IMG/VR virus record: IMGVR_UViG_3300030107_003448
Span: 1-64,000 of that record
DNA: 64,000 nt
Strand: one strand, 5' to 3'
Origin: a virus
Made by a program: the position numbers and the translations under genes. The notes below the pieces were generated by a model, which made no database searches, was not told where the DNA came from, and saw nothing but the letters and a program-made list of their open reading frames with translations. Each line of letters starts with the position of its first letter. Position 1 is the first letter of the stretch. Shown one piece after another: positions 25,810 to 36,387 of this stretch.

Positions 25810-28800
25810 ATGAAGCAAGAAGGACCAATTGAGATTTATGAACGAGCACGTACTACGCTAGTTAAATCTTTAATGGATGGGCTTGATGTCCGTAACTCTG
25901 CTGCTGATTTTTACTTTTCTTTATTAAATTTACAAAGACACGAAGTTATATATCCTTGGAAAGAAGAAGATTCTTCTCTCCAAAAGATGGCTGATATAAT
26001 TTTGAAAGATAGGTGGGAAGGAGACGATACTAGAATGGATTGGATGTTTCCTGCTGTATTAGGAGAAGGCGGAGGGTATGATGCTATAAGAGAAACAGAA
26101 GGCTCTTTAGTAAATCATAATTGGAAAGGCAGAATTAAACCATTCCATCCTCCTGTTATATGGGAAGGTGGCAAACAAGTATTTGGTAATAAAATCAAAA
26201 GTGGATTAATGCATGGTACATGGCCGGGATTAAGACACCCTAAGCCCGGAGAAGATATACACTTTGCAAATGACCATGGGTTTAGTTCAGATAATCATCC
26301 ATTATTACAAGGGTTAAATTTTGGTATGCCTCAATTTGTAGAAACATTAGCATCTTTTTATTTACGTCCAGACCCTAACACTCCTTCTCTTGCAGAACAA
26401 ATTGCTGAAAAAGAACGTAAATATGAAACACATCATGCTAACCACGCAATTACTAATTCTTTATCTCGTAGTGAACCACGTTCAGAAATAGAGGAAACTC
26501 CATCTAAAAAAGAAATACCAACAGAAGGAGAAGACCCATTGAAAGAAGTACAAGATTTATATGATAGTTTAGATATTCCAGAAAGAGGTTGGTGGGAAAA
26601 TAGTTCTAAACAAACACATAAAGACAGGAAAGACGAAACTCGTTATCCGTTTTTAGGACCATTATTAGGACAAGGCGAAGGAGTGCATGGTGTGCATTCA
26701 AATGATATGTATAATAATCATTATCAAAATTGGATTGCAAATAACCCAGATGTATTAAAAAATGCAAAAGGAAAAACTGAACAAGAAAAAGAATGGAATG
26801 CAAGAAAAGAACATATGAATCATATGGCTAATCAATGGGTAAATGGAGAAAATCATATTGATGATACAGGGGAGGAACATTCTGCTAAGTTAGGATGGCT
26901 TAGTTATATGTTAGGTTTAGAATTTTTAGAACCAAAAGAACGCACTGATATTATTAATCATATGATGGAACACGGAACTGATTATAATCAAAATTCCCCA
27001 CATATATCAATGGGTAGAATAAAACGTAATTTCATGCAAAGGTCATTACCAGAGTATTTATGGTGGTATAGGCATTCTCATATGAATGGTCCTAATTTAA
27101 ATCAAGTATTAGAAAGACCCTTTAATTATGATGGAGATATAGGACATCAAGAATTAGCAGAAATGACTCAAATGCTAGGAGCAGGAGAAGAAGGAGACAA
27201 TATGCATGATATTTTAATAGACCACTTTAATGAATTAATGGGTAAAGAAGGTCCATCTGCTCATACTCTTTTACCAATAATAAATCCAGAAACTGGTAAA
27301 ATCAAAAAACAAAAACATCATGCTCAACGTAGCCCATTTTTAAGCCCTCATACTCTAAGTATGTTAGCAGGTTATGATGAAGATGGAAATGAATTTGATG
27401 AACACCCATTATTTGGTGAAGCGTGGGATGGGGCTAGATTGAGCCCTAAAGAATATCAAATGCTATTAAATGAAGCCAGAAAAAAAACTGGTAACAATCT
27501 AAATTCTATGAATATACGCAATGCGGCTATAACTCATCGTGCGGCATATGGTCCTTCTAAAGCAGATATAGAAAATCATAATTTAGATGATTTTTATTTA
27601 ACAGATACAAATGGACCACATACAGAAACTTTTGCCAGCCATTTCCATAAACCGTTTAATAAAGGAGGTATGAATAGGTCTGTAATGTCTTATTTAGAAA
27701 CATTGCATGATTTTTTGACAACAGGATTAACAGATGATATAGATTCTCAAAACAGAGGGCGTGATATTTTTAGTCATTCATTATTTGGTACTGGCTCACA
27801 TGCACCGGATGGAGAAAAACAAAGTTTAACTTTTAGAGAAGATATGTTAGGTTTACTTGGTTCTATTTTAGGGCCTGTAACAAGACCTCCTGTTACTAAA
27901 GATATGGAGACTGGAGAAAAATGGGCACCAGAAGGAGATAGATTAGCAGGTATTATGAATTTATGGGAGACTTCCTCTCCTACACCTATGGATGAAAACC
28001 TAAATCCTATTACTCCTCCTCGTTTACCAAAAACTAATATTACATTAACTAGTTCTAGCAATCATCCTAATTTTTCAGAAAAAGCAATGAGAATGGCAGA
28101 TAATCAAAGAAAAAGTGAATTGGGCACTACAATGGATTGGCACATGGATGGCCGTAATTTACATACATATGCACCATTTACAAGATTTGAATCACCTTAT
28201 CAAATGCATATCAATCCTCGCACAGGAGGAGTTGCGTCTAATCGTTTAACTACTTTGCTAGGCCGTTTACACCCTCCAACTAAACCCATGCGCACAAAAA
28301 CATTAAATTTCAAAGATGTAATGGGAGGTAAAGTTAATCCAGAACATTTGCCTACAGGGAATCTTGATATGTGGTTAGAACAACAAGGTTTAGTCCAAAA
28401 ACCTATGATGGGCGAAGGTATAATGTCTGGTGGCGCAGATATGAATATAGTAAGAGCAATGAGAGAATTAGGACCGCATGCTTCTCCAGAAAGTATTGCT
28501 CATCATCTTGGTTTAATACCACCAGAACCTAGCCCACAAGATGCTTCTATCAATGAAGAAGGCCAGACCCCTCATCAAGTATGGCAAAATAAGAGAGAAG
28601 AACTATTCCAAAAAATAAGCCAAACTATGAATCATTTACCAGAAAAACCAACAACTCCAGAAGAAGATGCAATGTTAGATAGAGCCGACACTATCCTAAA
28701 TGAATTACATCATTTAGAAATAGGTATACAAGAAGCAGAAAAACAAGGAGATGTTAATAAAGTCAAAGAATTAACTGATGAATTTAGTTTTATGCAAGAA

Positions 28801-31602
28801 GATTTACGTCAATTAGAACAATCATTAAGCGTAATGCCTATTAGAGATACAGAAAAAATGCATGGTAAAGCCTTGTGGCCTGTTACTCAACATAATGAAA
28901 TGTTAAATAGTCACTATGATGCTATTACTAATGTTGCTAAACAATTAAAAGAAAAAATGGAAGAAGAACATCCAGATTTATTTTCATTAGATGACCCACA
29001 AACTGCTTTATCTAATATGATGCAATTGTTTAGATTTGCTAATCGTTATTTAATGGATATGCCTCATGAATTTCATGGCCAACATGCTTTTGGTTATGGC
29101 GAAAATGAAACTAGAACAAAAAGTGCTGCTGATTTATTAGGCACATCACAAAGTCCTTTTGCTTCAATAGCACAAGGAATGCAAGGATTAGAGGCTAGAA
29201 CAATTAACCCTAACCACAGTGTTGAAGAAGTAATGCAATTATTAGATATGGATTCAGATAATCCAATACATCAACAAAATGCCCAAAAGATATTACAAAG
29301 TTTAAATGGTGAGGCAAAAATACCATTAAAAATATCAGAACTCCATTCTTCTGGTTTAATTCCTAGAGTAAACCCAATTGATGGAGATTTACATGAATTA
29401 GCCCATGGAGGCGATGAACAATTACAACATGGTTTAAGACAGGCTCATCAATTATTTAATCTCAAAAATAAAGAAGCAACAGCACATGGGTTAGAATGGA
29501 TTCAATCTGAACCAATAGAAGAAAGAAGGGTTATGCCTCGTTCTGGTGGTAGTGGTCGCTCTAAAGTTAAACAATATAATAATAGATTAGACGGTATTGA
29601 TAGATTAAATTCTTTTATTCTAATGAACCCTAATGTGGAAATGCCGGGACAAATGCCCGATATAGTAGAAAAAAGAGCACAATGGGGTCATTTCCCAATT
29701 GGTGCTGTAAGTCCCAATAATAATACAATTTTAGATTTATTAGAAGCAGACCGTATGAATTGGGGTTGGGGAATGAGCCCAGACTTTATGCCTCGGTTTG
29801 GGGCAGATGGTAGTGTCCATGTAATGCGTTCTGATGTGCCAGTCCCTACTCGTTTACATAGTGTGCCAGAACCATATTTATTACAAGTATTCCCAGAAGC
29901 AAGCGAATTATTAAATGGTCCAGATTTGCATTTACAAGAACCTAATATGATGACAATGTCATCTATGGGCTCTTTACCCACAGATAACTCTGATACTTTA
30001 TTGGCATCAGAAGACACTCTTAGTTTGTTAAATTTAACAGACCCAGATAGTATGTTAATCAAAGCAGGCCCAGAAGGATGGGCCCCACCTATTCGGCCAA
30101 TGCATCGTATTTTTAAACAAAAAGATTTAGACGCCCTAAAAGGATTTAGTGGAGACTGGGTTGTTAATTCTATTATTGAAGGAGATAGATTAATTGTTAA
30201 AAAGAAAGGAGGGCGGATTACTGCTTATGATGAAAATGGCTCTCGTAAATCTTTAGATACAGGAATGCCGGGCTCATTTAAATCTATATCAGATGACGAT
30301 TATGTTATAGATGGTATTCTTTCTAAAGACGAAGATTATTTCCAAGTTCTTGATATTATCAAACATATGGGAGACGATGTGGCTGATTTATTGACACATG
30401 AAAGAGTTAAACTATTGAGAGCACATTATTCTAGTAATGATAAAGTAGAAATCCCTGCTCCACATAATACTAGAACAACAGATGAAGAAGGACTTAAGAA
30501 GGCTTTAGAAAATCTCAAAGGAGATAAAAAGATGTATCTATTGAGAGATTCTCAATCTACTTATATGAAAGGAGAAAGAAGACATCCTAAATGGGTATTA
30601 TTGCGTTCACCAAAAGAATTGAATTTTATTGTATTAGACCGTAAAGGGAAAGGGCCTTACTCTTATAGATTAGGAGCAGGGCCATTATTAGATAATGAAG
30701 GATTAGGAAATAGAGCCAAATCTATAGATGAGAAACCATATATGGATATTGGCACAATTGTCCGTAGTGATGAAACATATAATGTGGGAGACATTGTTAG
30801 TGTAGGAGTAGACAGCGTTACTCAAAATAGTAGAAGCGGTAGAGATGTTTATACTATTCAAGCCCAAGATATTACAGGAGATGGATATGGAGAAGGTCCT
30901 GCAAGTTTAGAGACATTATCTCTACTAACTAAATCTCATTCCCCTATACTATGGCCTCATGCTGTTACTTTAGCAAATAATAATATTCATGTAAGTTTGC
31001 CTTGTTTAGAAGATAATGTTGTCTATAAAGCAAGTGAATGGCCAGAAGGTTGGCAATTACATTCACCTAGTGCATTGATGGGTGATATGTCTGATAATTC
31101 ATATGCTATCCGATTATCTGAAAGTTTGAAACCTTATTGGACTCCAATAGCAGGTGCGTTATTGAAAGGTATGGATAACATAGAAGAAGAAAAGAAAGAA
31201 GAAGTGCATGAGTCTGAAGATGATGCTGAACCATTAATTGAGCCTAAGAAAATTAAAGACACATTCCATAAGCCCGAAGATGAAATGGTTAAACGAGCAT
31301 TAGAAACTGCACTACGTGCACTTGATATGCTTCACAAAGAACGTACTACTTCAACAGGTGCACAAGGCTTAGGTTTAGATTATGGCACACCTACAGAGTC
31401 TCCACAAGGCCCAACTAAGTTAGTTAATGAGTCTGCTCTCCCAGATTGGGATATGAAGAAAAGACCTGCTATCGACCCAGAAAGGCCATGGAAGAAGAAA
31501 AACAGCAACTCAACTGATGAAATACATGAAAAAATTAAAACAGAAGATGGAGACGTGGCAGATTTAGACGTGACTACAGATGAGGCGACACTATCTATTT
31601 GA
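25810..31602 (+). CDS. 1930-aa protein with C-terminal ATP-dependent DNA-ligase-like domain lacking catalytic lysines
   Basis: SIIEGDRL (motif I, no K), YVIDGIL (III), FQVLDII (IIIa), LLRDSQSTYMKGERRHPKWVLLR (IV-V), followed by OB-like region. Confidence 0.7.
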   Translation: MKQEGPIEIYERARTTLVKSLMDGLDVRNSAADFYFSLLNLQRHEVIYPWKEEDSSLQKMADIILKDRWEGDDTRMDWMFPAVLGEGGGYDAIRETEGSLVNHNWKGRIKPFHPPVIWEGGKQVFGNKIKSGLMHGTWPGLRHPKPGEDIHFANDHGFSSDNHPLLQGLNFGMPQFVETLASFYLRPDPNTPSLAEQIAEKERKYETHHANHAITNSLSRSEPRSEIEETPSKKEIPTEGEDPLKEVQDLYDSLDIPERGWWENSSKQTHKDRKDETRYPFLGPLLGQGEGVHGVHSNDMYNNHYQNWIANNPDVLKNAKGKTEQEKEWNARKEHMNHMANQWVNGENHIDDTGEEHSAKLGWLSYMLGLEFLEPKERTDIINHMMEHGTDYNQNSPHISMGRIKRNFMQRSLPEYLWWYRHSHMNGPNLNQVLERPFNYDGDIGHQELAEMTQMLGAGEEGDNMHDILIDHFNELMGKEGPSAHTLLPIINPETGKIKKQKHHAQRSPFLSPHTLSMLAGYDEDGNEFDEHPLFGEAWDGARLSPKEYQMLLNEARKKTGNNLNSMNIRNAAITHRAAYGPSKADIENHNLDDFYLTDTNGPHTETFASHFHKPFNKGGMNRSVMSYLETLHDFLTTGLTDDIDSQNRGRDIFSHSLFGTGSHAPDGEKQSLTFREDMLGLLGSILGPVTRPPVTKDMETGEKWAPEGDRLAGIMNLWETSSPTPMDENLNPITPPRLPKTNITLTSSSNHPNFSEKAMRMADNQRKSELGTTMDWHMDGRNLHTYAPFTRFESPYQMHINPRTGGVASNRLTTLLGRLHPPTKPMRTKTLNFKDVMGGKVNPEHLPTGNLDMWLEQQGLVQKPMMGEGIMSGGADMNIVRAMRELGPHASPESIAHHLGLIPPEPSPQDASINEEGQTPHQVWQNKREELFQKISQTMNHLPEKPTTPEEDAMLDRADTILNELHHLEIGIQEAEKQGDVNKVKELTDEFSFMQEDLRQLEQSLSVMPIRDTEKMHGKALWPVTQHNEMLNSHYDAITNVAKQLKEKMEEEHPDLFSLDDPQTALSNMMQLFRFANRYLMDMPHEFHGQHAFGYGENETRTKSAADLLGTSQSPFASIAQGMQGLEARTINPNHSVEEVMQLLDMDSDNPIHQQNAQKILQSLNGEAKIPLKISELHSSGLIPRVNPIDGDLHELAHGGDEQLQHGLRQAHQLFNLKNKEATAHGLEWIQSEPIEERRVMPRSGGSGRSKVKQYNNRLDGIDRLNSFILMNPNVEMPGQMPDIVEKRAQWGHFPIGAVSPNNNTILDLLEADRMNWGWGMSPDFMPRFGADGSVHVMRSDVPVPTRLHSVPEPYLLQVFPEASELLNGPDLHLQEPNMMTMSSMGSLPTDNSDTLLASEDTLSLLNLTDPDSMLIKAGPEGWAPPIRPMHRIFKQKDLDALKGFSGDWVVNSIIEGDRLIVKKKGGRITAYDENGSRKSLDTGMPGSFKSISDDDYVIDGILSKDEDYFQVLDIIKHMGDDVADLLTHERVKLLRAHYSSNDKVEIPAPHNTRTTDEEGLKKALENLKGDKKMYLLRDSQSTYMKGERRHPKWVLLRSPKELNFIVLDRKGKGPYSYRLGAGPLLDNEGLGNRAKSIDEKPYMDIGTIVRSDETYNVGDIVSVGVDSVTQNSRSGRDVYTIQAQDITGDGYGEGPASLETLSLLTKSHSPILWPHAVTLANNNIHVSLPCLEDNVVYKASEWPEGWQLHSPSALMGDMSDNSYAIRLSESLKPYWTPIAGALLKGMDNIEEEKKEEVHESEDDAEPLIEPKKIKDTFHKPEDEMVKRALETALRALDMLHKERTTSTGAQGLGLDYGTPTESPQGPTKLVNESALPDWDMKKRPAIDPERPWKKKNSNSTDEIHEKIKTEDGDVADLDVTTDEATLSI

Positions 31603-31646
31603 AACTGAGGGTATTATATACATGAACAAATTTGGAGGTAGATTGT

Positions 31647-33014
31647 GTGTTATCTGAACCAAGACTCCGGACACTCCCTAGAGAGGGTATTACTATCCTT
31701 AAAGGGAATGACCTTGTTGTCGCAGGATATGCAAGCGTAGAATTGGTAGATAAACAAGGTGACTTAATAACAAAGGAGGCATTAAAGAACGCATTTCATA
31801 AATTCATGGAAAACCCGGGATATAGAAATGTACAATTAGCGCACTCAAATATACAAGTAGGAGAAGTAGTCGGAGAACATACAGATACAAGTGGGAGGTT
31901 ATGGAAAAGCGAAGTTGACGATGTCGGAATGTTTGTAGTAGTAAAACTGAGAAATGACATCGAAAAAGCCAGAGAAGTCGCAGCCGAAATCCGAAAAGGC
32001 AATCTTAAAGGATTTAGTATAGGTGGACAAGCATTCAAAAGGATGAATAAAAGTGACAAAGAACATGGCTCTTATACAGAAATATCGAAACTAGAACTTC
32101 ATGAAGTAACAATCTGCGAAAAAGGAATAAACCCAGAAGCACAATTTAGAATATTAAAACAAGATAAAGGTGAAAAAATGACAATAGAAAAAAATGAGCA
32201 AACAGATACTCTTGACCAATTATCAAGTGTATTAAATCGTTTGGAAGGTAGAATTGATTCTATGGAAAAAGGCGAAATGCCTCCATTCATGGAAGATAAG
32301 AAAGAATCCAAAGACGATAAGAAAGAAGAAAAAGAAAACGGCGACAATGGTGACAATGGTGACGATATGGAAAAATCACAATACAGTGATGTTATTTCCA
32401 GTGAATATTTGTCATGGTTAGAAGACACAGTAAAAAGCGGTGGTGTAGATACTGCTGCTGCTCGTGCTCACTTTGACCAAACCAACAAAGCACAACTTGG
32501 AGGCTATGATACAGGTAGCCCGGGTAGTGACCATGGACAAGCAGCCGGTAGAACTCAAACAGAAGGTAAACCAGAAGTACCAAAGGCTAACTTTGGGACT
32601 GGAGGAAAAGGTAAGGCTTCTAGTATGAACAAAGGACAATTCTTGAATCCTTCCAATGTAAGTTCAACAGACATGGAAGCAGCATACCAAGTGTATAAAG
32701 CAGCAAGAATTGAACAAGAAATGAAACAAAACCTTGGAGACATTTACAATGAGAGATTCGCAAAAGAAGCACAAGTAGAAAAATCAGAAGCAGCAAAACG
32801 TTCTTTTGATGCTCGTGGACCTCTTGGTGAAATCCAAAAATCACTTAGTGCGCTATCAGAAAGAATTGATAACCTATCAAGTGATAATACAGGAGTTACA
32901 TTACAAAAATCACAAAATGTAAGTAACGTTGAAATTCCATCTACAGAACAATTAGCAACAATGGAGTGGAATGATGTCCACAACCTAGCAAACAGTGTAT
33001 GGAGAGGAGAGTGA
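31647..33014 (+). CDS. HK97-type prohead protease fused to scaffold domain
   Basis: VAGYASVELVDKQGDLI, QLAH, LKGFSIGG, LHEVTIC..GINPEA; GGAGGT SD before GTG 31647; K-S/K-A-rich acidic C-terminal part. Confidence 0.9.
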   Translation: MLSEPRLRTLPREGITILKGNDLVVAGYASVELVDKQGDLITKEALKNAFHKFMENPGYRNVQLAHSNIQVGEVVGEHTDTSGRLWKSEVDDVGMFVVVKLRNDIEKAREVAAEIRKGNLKGFSIGGQAFKRMNKSDKEHGSYTEISKLELHEVTICEKGINPEAQFRILKQDKGEKMTIEKNEQTDTLDQLSSVLNRLEGRIDSMEKGEMPPFMEDKKESKDDKKEEKENGDNGDNGDDMEKSQYSDVISSEYLSWLEDTVKSGGVDTAAARAHFDQTNKAQLGGYDTGSPGSDHGQAAGRTQTEGKPEVPKANFGTGGKGKASSMNKGQFLNPSNVSSTDMEAAYQVYKAARIEQEMKQNLGDIYNERFAKEAQVEKSEAAKRSFDARGPLGEIQKSLSALSERIDNLSSDNTGVTLQKSQNVSNVEIPSTEQLATMEWNDVHNLANSVWRGE

Positions 33015-33019
33015 ATAAA

Positions 33020-34153
33020 ATGGCAAGAAATTATATACGAACAGTCACAGACTTAGAAAGATATTATTATGGTGCAGGAAACGCTATGGGATATTCCTAC
33101 AGTGGTTCTGAACTATTAAAAAGCGATAGCCCAATGATGAGTACCACAGCAGGTACATACCAAGCAATCTATGGAAGAAAAGTATGGAGTCAATTGAACC
33201 AAGAATTCAATGCTTTCTCTATACTACCTAAGAAACCATGGGACAGAAGTGGATGGCGAATTATCACTGGCAGAGCATCCTTCACAAAAGGTGGCGGTGT
33301 AGCAGAGAATGCAACTCTACCAGACACAACAAAACCAACATTCCTACATGTTGCAGCAAAACCAAAGACAGTTGCTCACACATTCGATATGAGTGAAGTA
33401 GCAATCTTCCTTGCTGACAAAGATGATGGTATGGGTGACATCAGACAAGTTCTAAAAGAAGAAATGGGTAAACACCATGCAGAACATGTCAACAGAATGT
33501 TACTACAAGACATGGACACAGTAGCAGGTAACGACTTTGAATCATTAGACCGTATCACAAGTGATGCAGGTTCATCAATGGGCGGTACATATGGTGCAGC
33601 AACAGACCACGACTTGTATTCAATTACTAGAGATGCATCTTCTGCCTTCCACAGTGCAGAAGTAAGTGTAAGTGGTACAAAAGGGACTAACAGAACTCTA
33701 TCACTAGACCACTTGGATGCAATATTCCAACAAATCTGGACTCGTGGTGGAAATCCAAAAGTATTAATGACAGGATATGACACATTAATGAGAATCCAAC
33801 AATTGTTGCAAACACAACAAAGATTCATGGAAGAAAAGAGAGTTACTCCAACATTCAATGGTGTTAAAGGTGTACCCGGTATCGAAGCAGGATTTGTAGT
33901 AGCAACTTACAATGGTGTGCCACTAATCCCATCCAAAGATGTAACAGCAGATGGAATTAGTCGTATATATGCACTCGACACAGATTACACATGGTTCAGT
34001 ACTGCAATACCAACGCAATACTTTGAATCTGGAATTGAAACTGGTGACCCATTCGGTATCAACCGTCTAGGTCAAGAAGGACTATACAGAACAATGGGCG
34101 AAGTATGGTGCTCATTCTTCGGAGGACAAGGTTCAATACGTGACCTAAGTTGA
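33020..34153 (+). CDS. Major capsid protein (HK97 fold)
   Basis: Follows protease; GGVAENATLP, YNGVPLIPS; strong SD GGAGAGGAG; highly biased codon usage. Confidence 0.9.
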   Translation: MARNYIRTVTDLERYYYGAGNAMGYSYSGSELLKSDSPMMSTTAGTYQAIYGRKVWSQLNQEFNAFSILPKKPWDRSGWRIITGRASFTKGGGVAENATLPDTTKPTFLHVAAKPKTVAHTFDMSEVAIFLADKDDGMGDIRQVLKEEMGKHHAEHVNRMLLQDMDTVAGNDFESLDRITSDAGSSMGGTYGAATDHDLYSITRDASSAFHSAEVSVSGTKGTNRTLSLDHLDAIFQQIWTRGGNPKVLMTGYDTLMRIQQLLQTQQRFMEEKRVTPTFNGVKGVPGIEAGFVVATYNGVPLIPSKDVTADGISRIYALDTDYTWFSTAIPTQYFESGIETGDPFGINRLGQEGLYRTMGEVWCSFFGGQGSIRDLS

Positions 34154-34191
34154 GGATTAATGGAGAAAAAAATTAAAGGAGATGAAAAATT

Positions 34192-34614
34192 ATGGTAGCA
34201 ACAACAGGAGCAAGCGGAATAATATACACATATGGCGGCGCAGGAACCGTTAGAATAGCAGAAGAATTTGTCCTAGAACTATATGCAGGAAGTCCAGTAG
34301 ACGACACAGCATGGTTAGACGGTGGAGCAGCAGCAGGTAACTATCCCGGTAATATTGATGTATTCCAAGCAAAGAATAGTGAAACAACAAAAGCAGCAGG
34401 AGGAATGAAATTAGTTGGGCTTAGGGTCAGTACGGCACAAGCAAATACAGATACAATTACTCTAAGTGGTAATGCAACTAAAGTACAATCAGTAATGTTT
34501 GGTAGCACAGACCGTGATGGAACAACAACAGTAACGTTCCCAAATGGTGTGTTGACTTTTGCAGTAGCAGGAACAGCAGTAGTCGGTGCTAAAATCTGGA
34601 TGATTGTCTCTTAA
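34192..34614 (+). CDS. Virion structural protein (capsid decoration-like)
   Basis: 140 aa, A/G/T-rich beta protein right after MCP, similar codon bias. Confidence 0.6.
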   Translation: MVATTGASGIIYTYGGAGTVRIAEEFVLELYAGSPVDDTAWLDGGAAAGNYPGNIDVFQAKNSETTKAAGGMKLVGLRVSTAQANTDTITLSGNATKVQSVMFGSTDRDGTTTVTFPNGVLTFAVAGTAVVGAKIWMIVS

Positions 34615-34624
34615 GGTGATTTAA

Positions 34625-35038
34625 TTGCCTAAAGTGACCTTCCTTGGTCCGTTCTATAGACGGAGAGCCCCCGATAAGAGTGAAGATTGGGAGCGAGGTA
34701 TAACCAGAACTGTAACACAAGCATGGTTAGATGAATGGAAACATTGTTTAACTTCAACTCATTTTAGAATTGAAGGGGATAACCCTGTTAAAACTATGGA
34801 CGATGATGGTATACCAGACAAAGATTGGACCAACAAAGATATTAAAGCATGGCTAGATAAATATGATGCAAAACCTACTGGCTATGCAACTAAGACACAA
34901 CTACTTAATATAGTAGATACATTAATGAATCCAGAGAAAATTGACGAAGTAGAAGACGTAGTAGATACGGCTCCTATGGAAGACGATGAGGACAACCTTC
35001 AAGAGGTGTCTCCATCTGGAGAGGATATAACGGAGTGA
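34625..35038 (+). CDS. Protein with HeH/LEM-like segment and acidic tail
   Basis: WTNKDIKAWLDKYDAKPTGYATKTQLLNIV; AGGTGA before TTG. Confidence 0.6.
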   Translation: MPKVTFLGPFYRRRAPDKSEDWERGITRTVTQAWLDEWKHCLTSTHFRIEGDNPVKTMDDDGIPDKDWTNKDIKAWLDKYDAKPTGYATKTQLLNIVDTLMNPEKIDEVEDVVDTAPMEDDEDNLQEVSPSGEDITE

Positions 35039-35043
35039 TTTAA

Positions 35044-35574
35044 ATGGCCGCAGGAAATACAAAAGACACAAGAGTTCATGTATTGGGAGACCTTTACATG
35101 TTGACAGGAACTTTCACAGATGGTGGGTTAGACGTTTATTACGGAGACCACATAAGCACAGTATTAGCAGCAGGTGCTAATTCTACTGAACTATACGCTA
35201 CAAATGTTACAAAAGATGGTGCGCTTTCAGCAGGAGCAACAGGTACATTCACAGTTGCAACAGTAGATATGAGACTTCACTTCAATGTTGGTGATACAAT
35301 TTATGATTCAGCAGGAGACAGAGTCGGAGTAGTTAGTGCTATGGCAGCAGATGCTACAGGCATGGAAGTTACAAAAGTTCTCAAAGATATTGGTAATACT
35401 GATGTATTATACAAAAAAGGTGTAGCAAAACCCGCAGTAACTCTGATGAATACTGGATTAGACGTTGGTATTGATACTAAAAACAAGTACATCGTAATTG
35501 ATGGTGGTAATTTAGGGGCTGCGAGTAGGGCACACACCATTGATGGTACATGGTGGATTTTAGGACAACGCTGA
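35044..35574 (+). CDS. Virion structural beta protein
   Basis: 176 aa; contains FNVGDTIYDSAGDRVGVV module shared with tail proteins. Confidence 0.65.
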   Translation: MAAGNTKDTRVHVLGDLYMLTGTFTDGGLDVYYGDHISTVLAAGANSTELYATNVTKDGALSAGATGTFTVATVDMRLHFNVGDTIYDSAGDRVGVVSAMAADATGMEVTKVLKDIGNTDVLYKKGVAKPAVTLMNTGLDVGIDTKNKYIVIDGGNLGAASRAHTIDGTWWILGQR

Positions 35575-35589
35575 TGGGGGTAAAGACCC

Positions 35590-36084
35590 ATGGCGCACGC
35601 AGCAATCAATATACAGGAATATAGATTTCCTGCTAATGGTCCATATTATACAGGACTAAGTGTTAAAACAGAAGTTACTATTAATGCAACTGGTACTTCA
35701 AGTGTAGTAACTAACGATGCTGCTGATGCAGATACAGATTTTACTACTGCTAACGCATTAGCATGTTTAAAAGACAACGCAAAGGCCAATAGTGCTACTA
35801 GACTATATGTTAAAAATTCTGATATTACTGGTCTTACTGGTCTAGGTTATACATATATTGGTTTTGTTAGTGGTACAAATGTAGGAACCGATGCAGAAAC
35901 TTTTACATTAACAGAAGCGGCTTCATTAACTATTCCTGCTGATACTAAATTATATTCTGCTACTTTTGCACCAATGCTTAATGGTCGTATTGTAGATACT
36001 ATAGCAGGAGCATCGAGCAAAGTTACTGGTGTTGATATAAATACAGTAAGAGGAGAAATCTGTGTTGTTGTTAATTATTCATGA
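35590..36084 (+). CDS. Virion structural beta protein
   Basis: 164 aa, T/A/G-rich. Confidence 0.6.
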   Translation: MAHAAINIQEYRFPANGPYYTGLSVKTEVTINATGTSSVVTNDAADADTDFTTANALACLKDNAKANSATRLYVKNSDITGLTGLGYTYIGFVSGTNVGTDAETFTLTEAASLTIPADTKLYSATFAPMLNGRIVDTIAGASSKVTGVDINTVRGEICVVVNYS

Positions 36085-36093
36085 TGTGATACA

Positions 36094-36387
36094 ATGAAAC
36101 AAGAGACAATGGAATTGCAAGATATTATGCGTCTACAAAAACAAGGTTATTCATCTGTAGAATCATATGGCGACTCTAGTGTAATAAATAAAGAAAAACC
36201 ATTACAAGGTGTCACACATAAACAAAGACAACGTAATACTGACGTAAGAGATGTATTAAATATTGGAGCAGGTACACGCTGCACAGGTTGTGGATTACTA
36301 TACTTTTGTTGGACAGAAATATGCAGCGCATGCGGAAAGGTTATGGATTTCAACCTCGGAGACCGTGATGAGGTGAATCGACTATGA
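36094..36387 (+). CDS. Zn-ribbon protein
   Basis: CTGCG...CSACG. Confidence 0.7.
   Translation: MKQETMELQDIMRLQKQGYSSVESYGDSSVINKEKPLQGVTHKQRQRNTDVRDVLNIGAGTRCTGCGLLYFCWTEICSACGKVMDFNLGDRDEVNRL

Noticed and set aside
30100-30900. Functional DNA ligase gene call
   Set aside because: Catalytic motif I and V lysines appear absent, so no gene symbol was given
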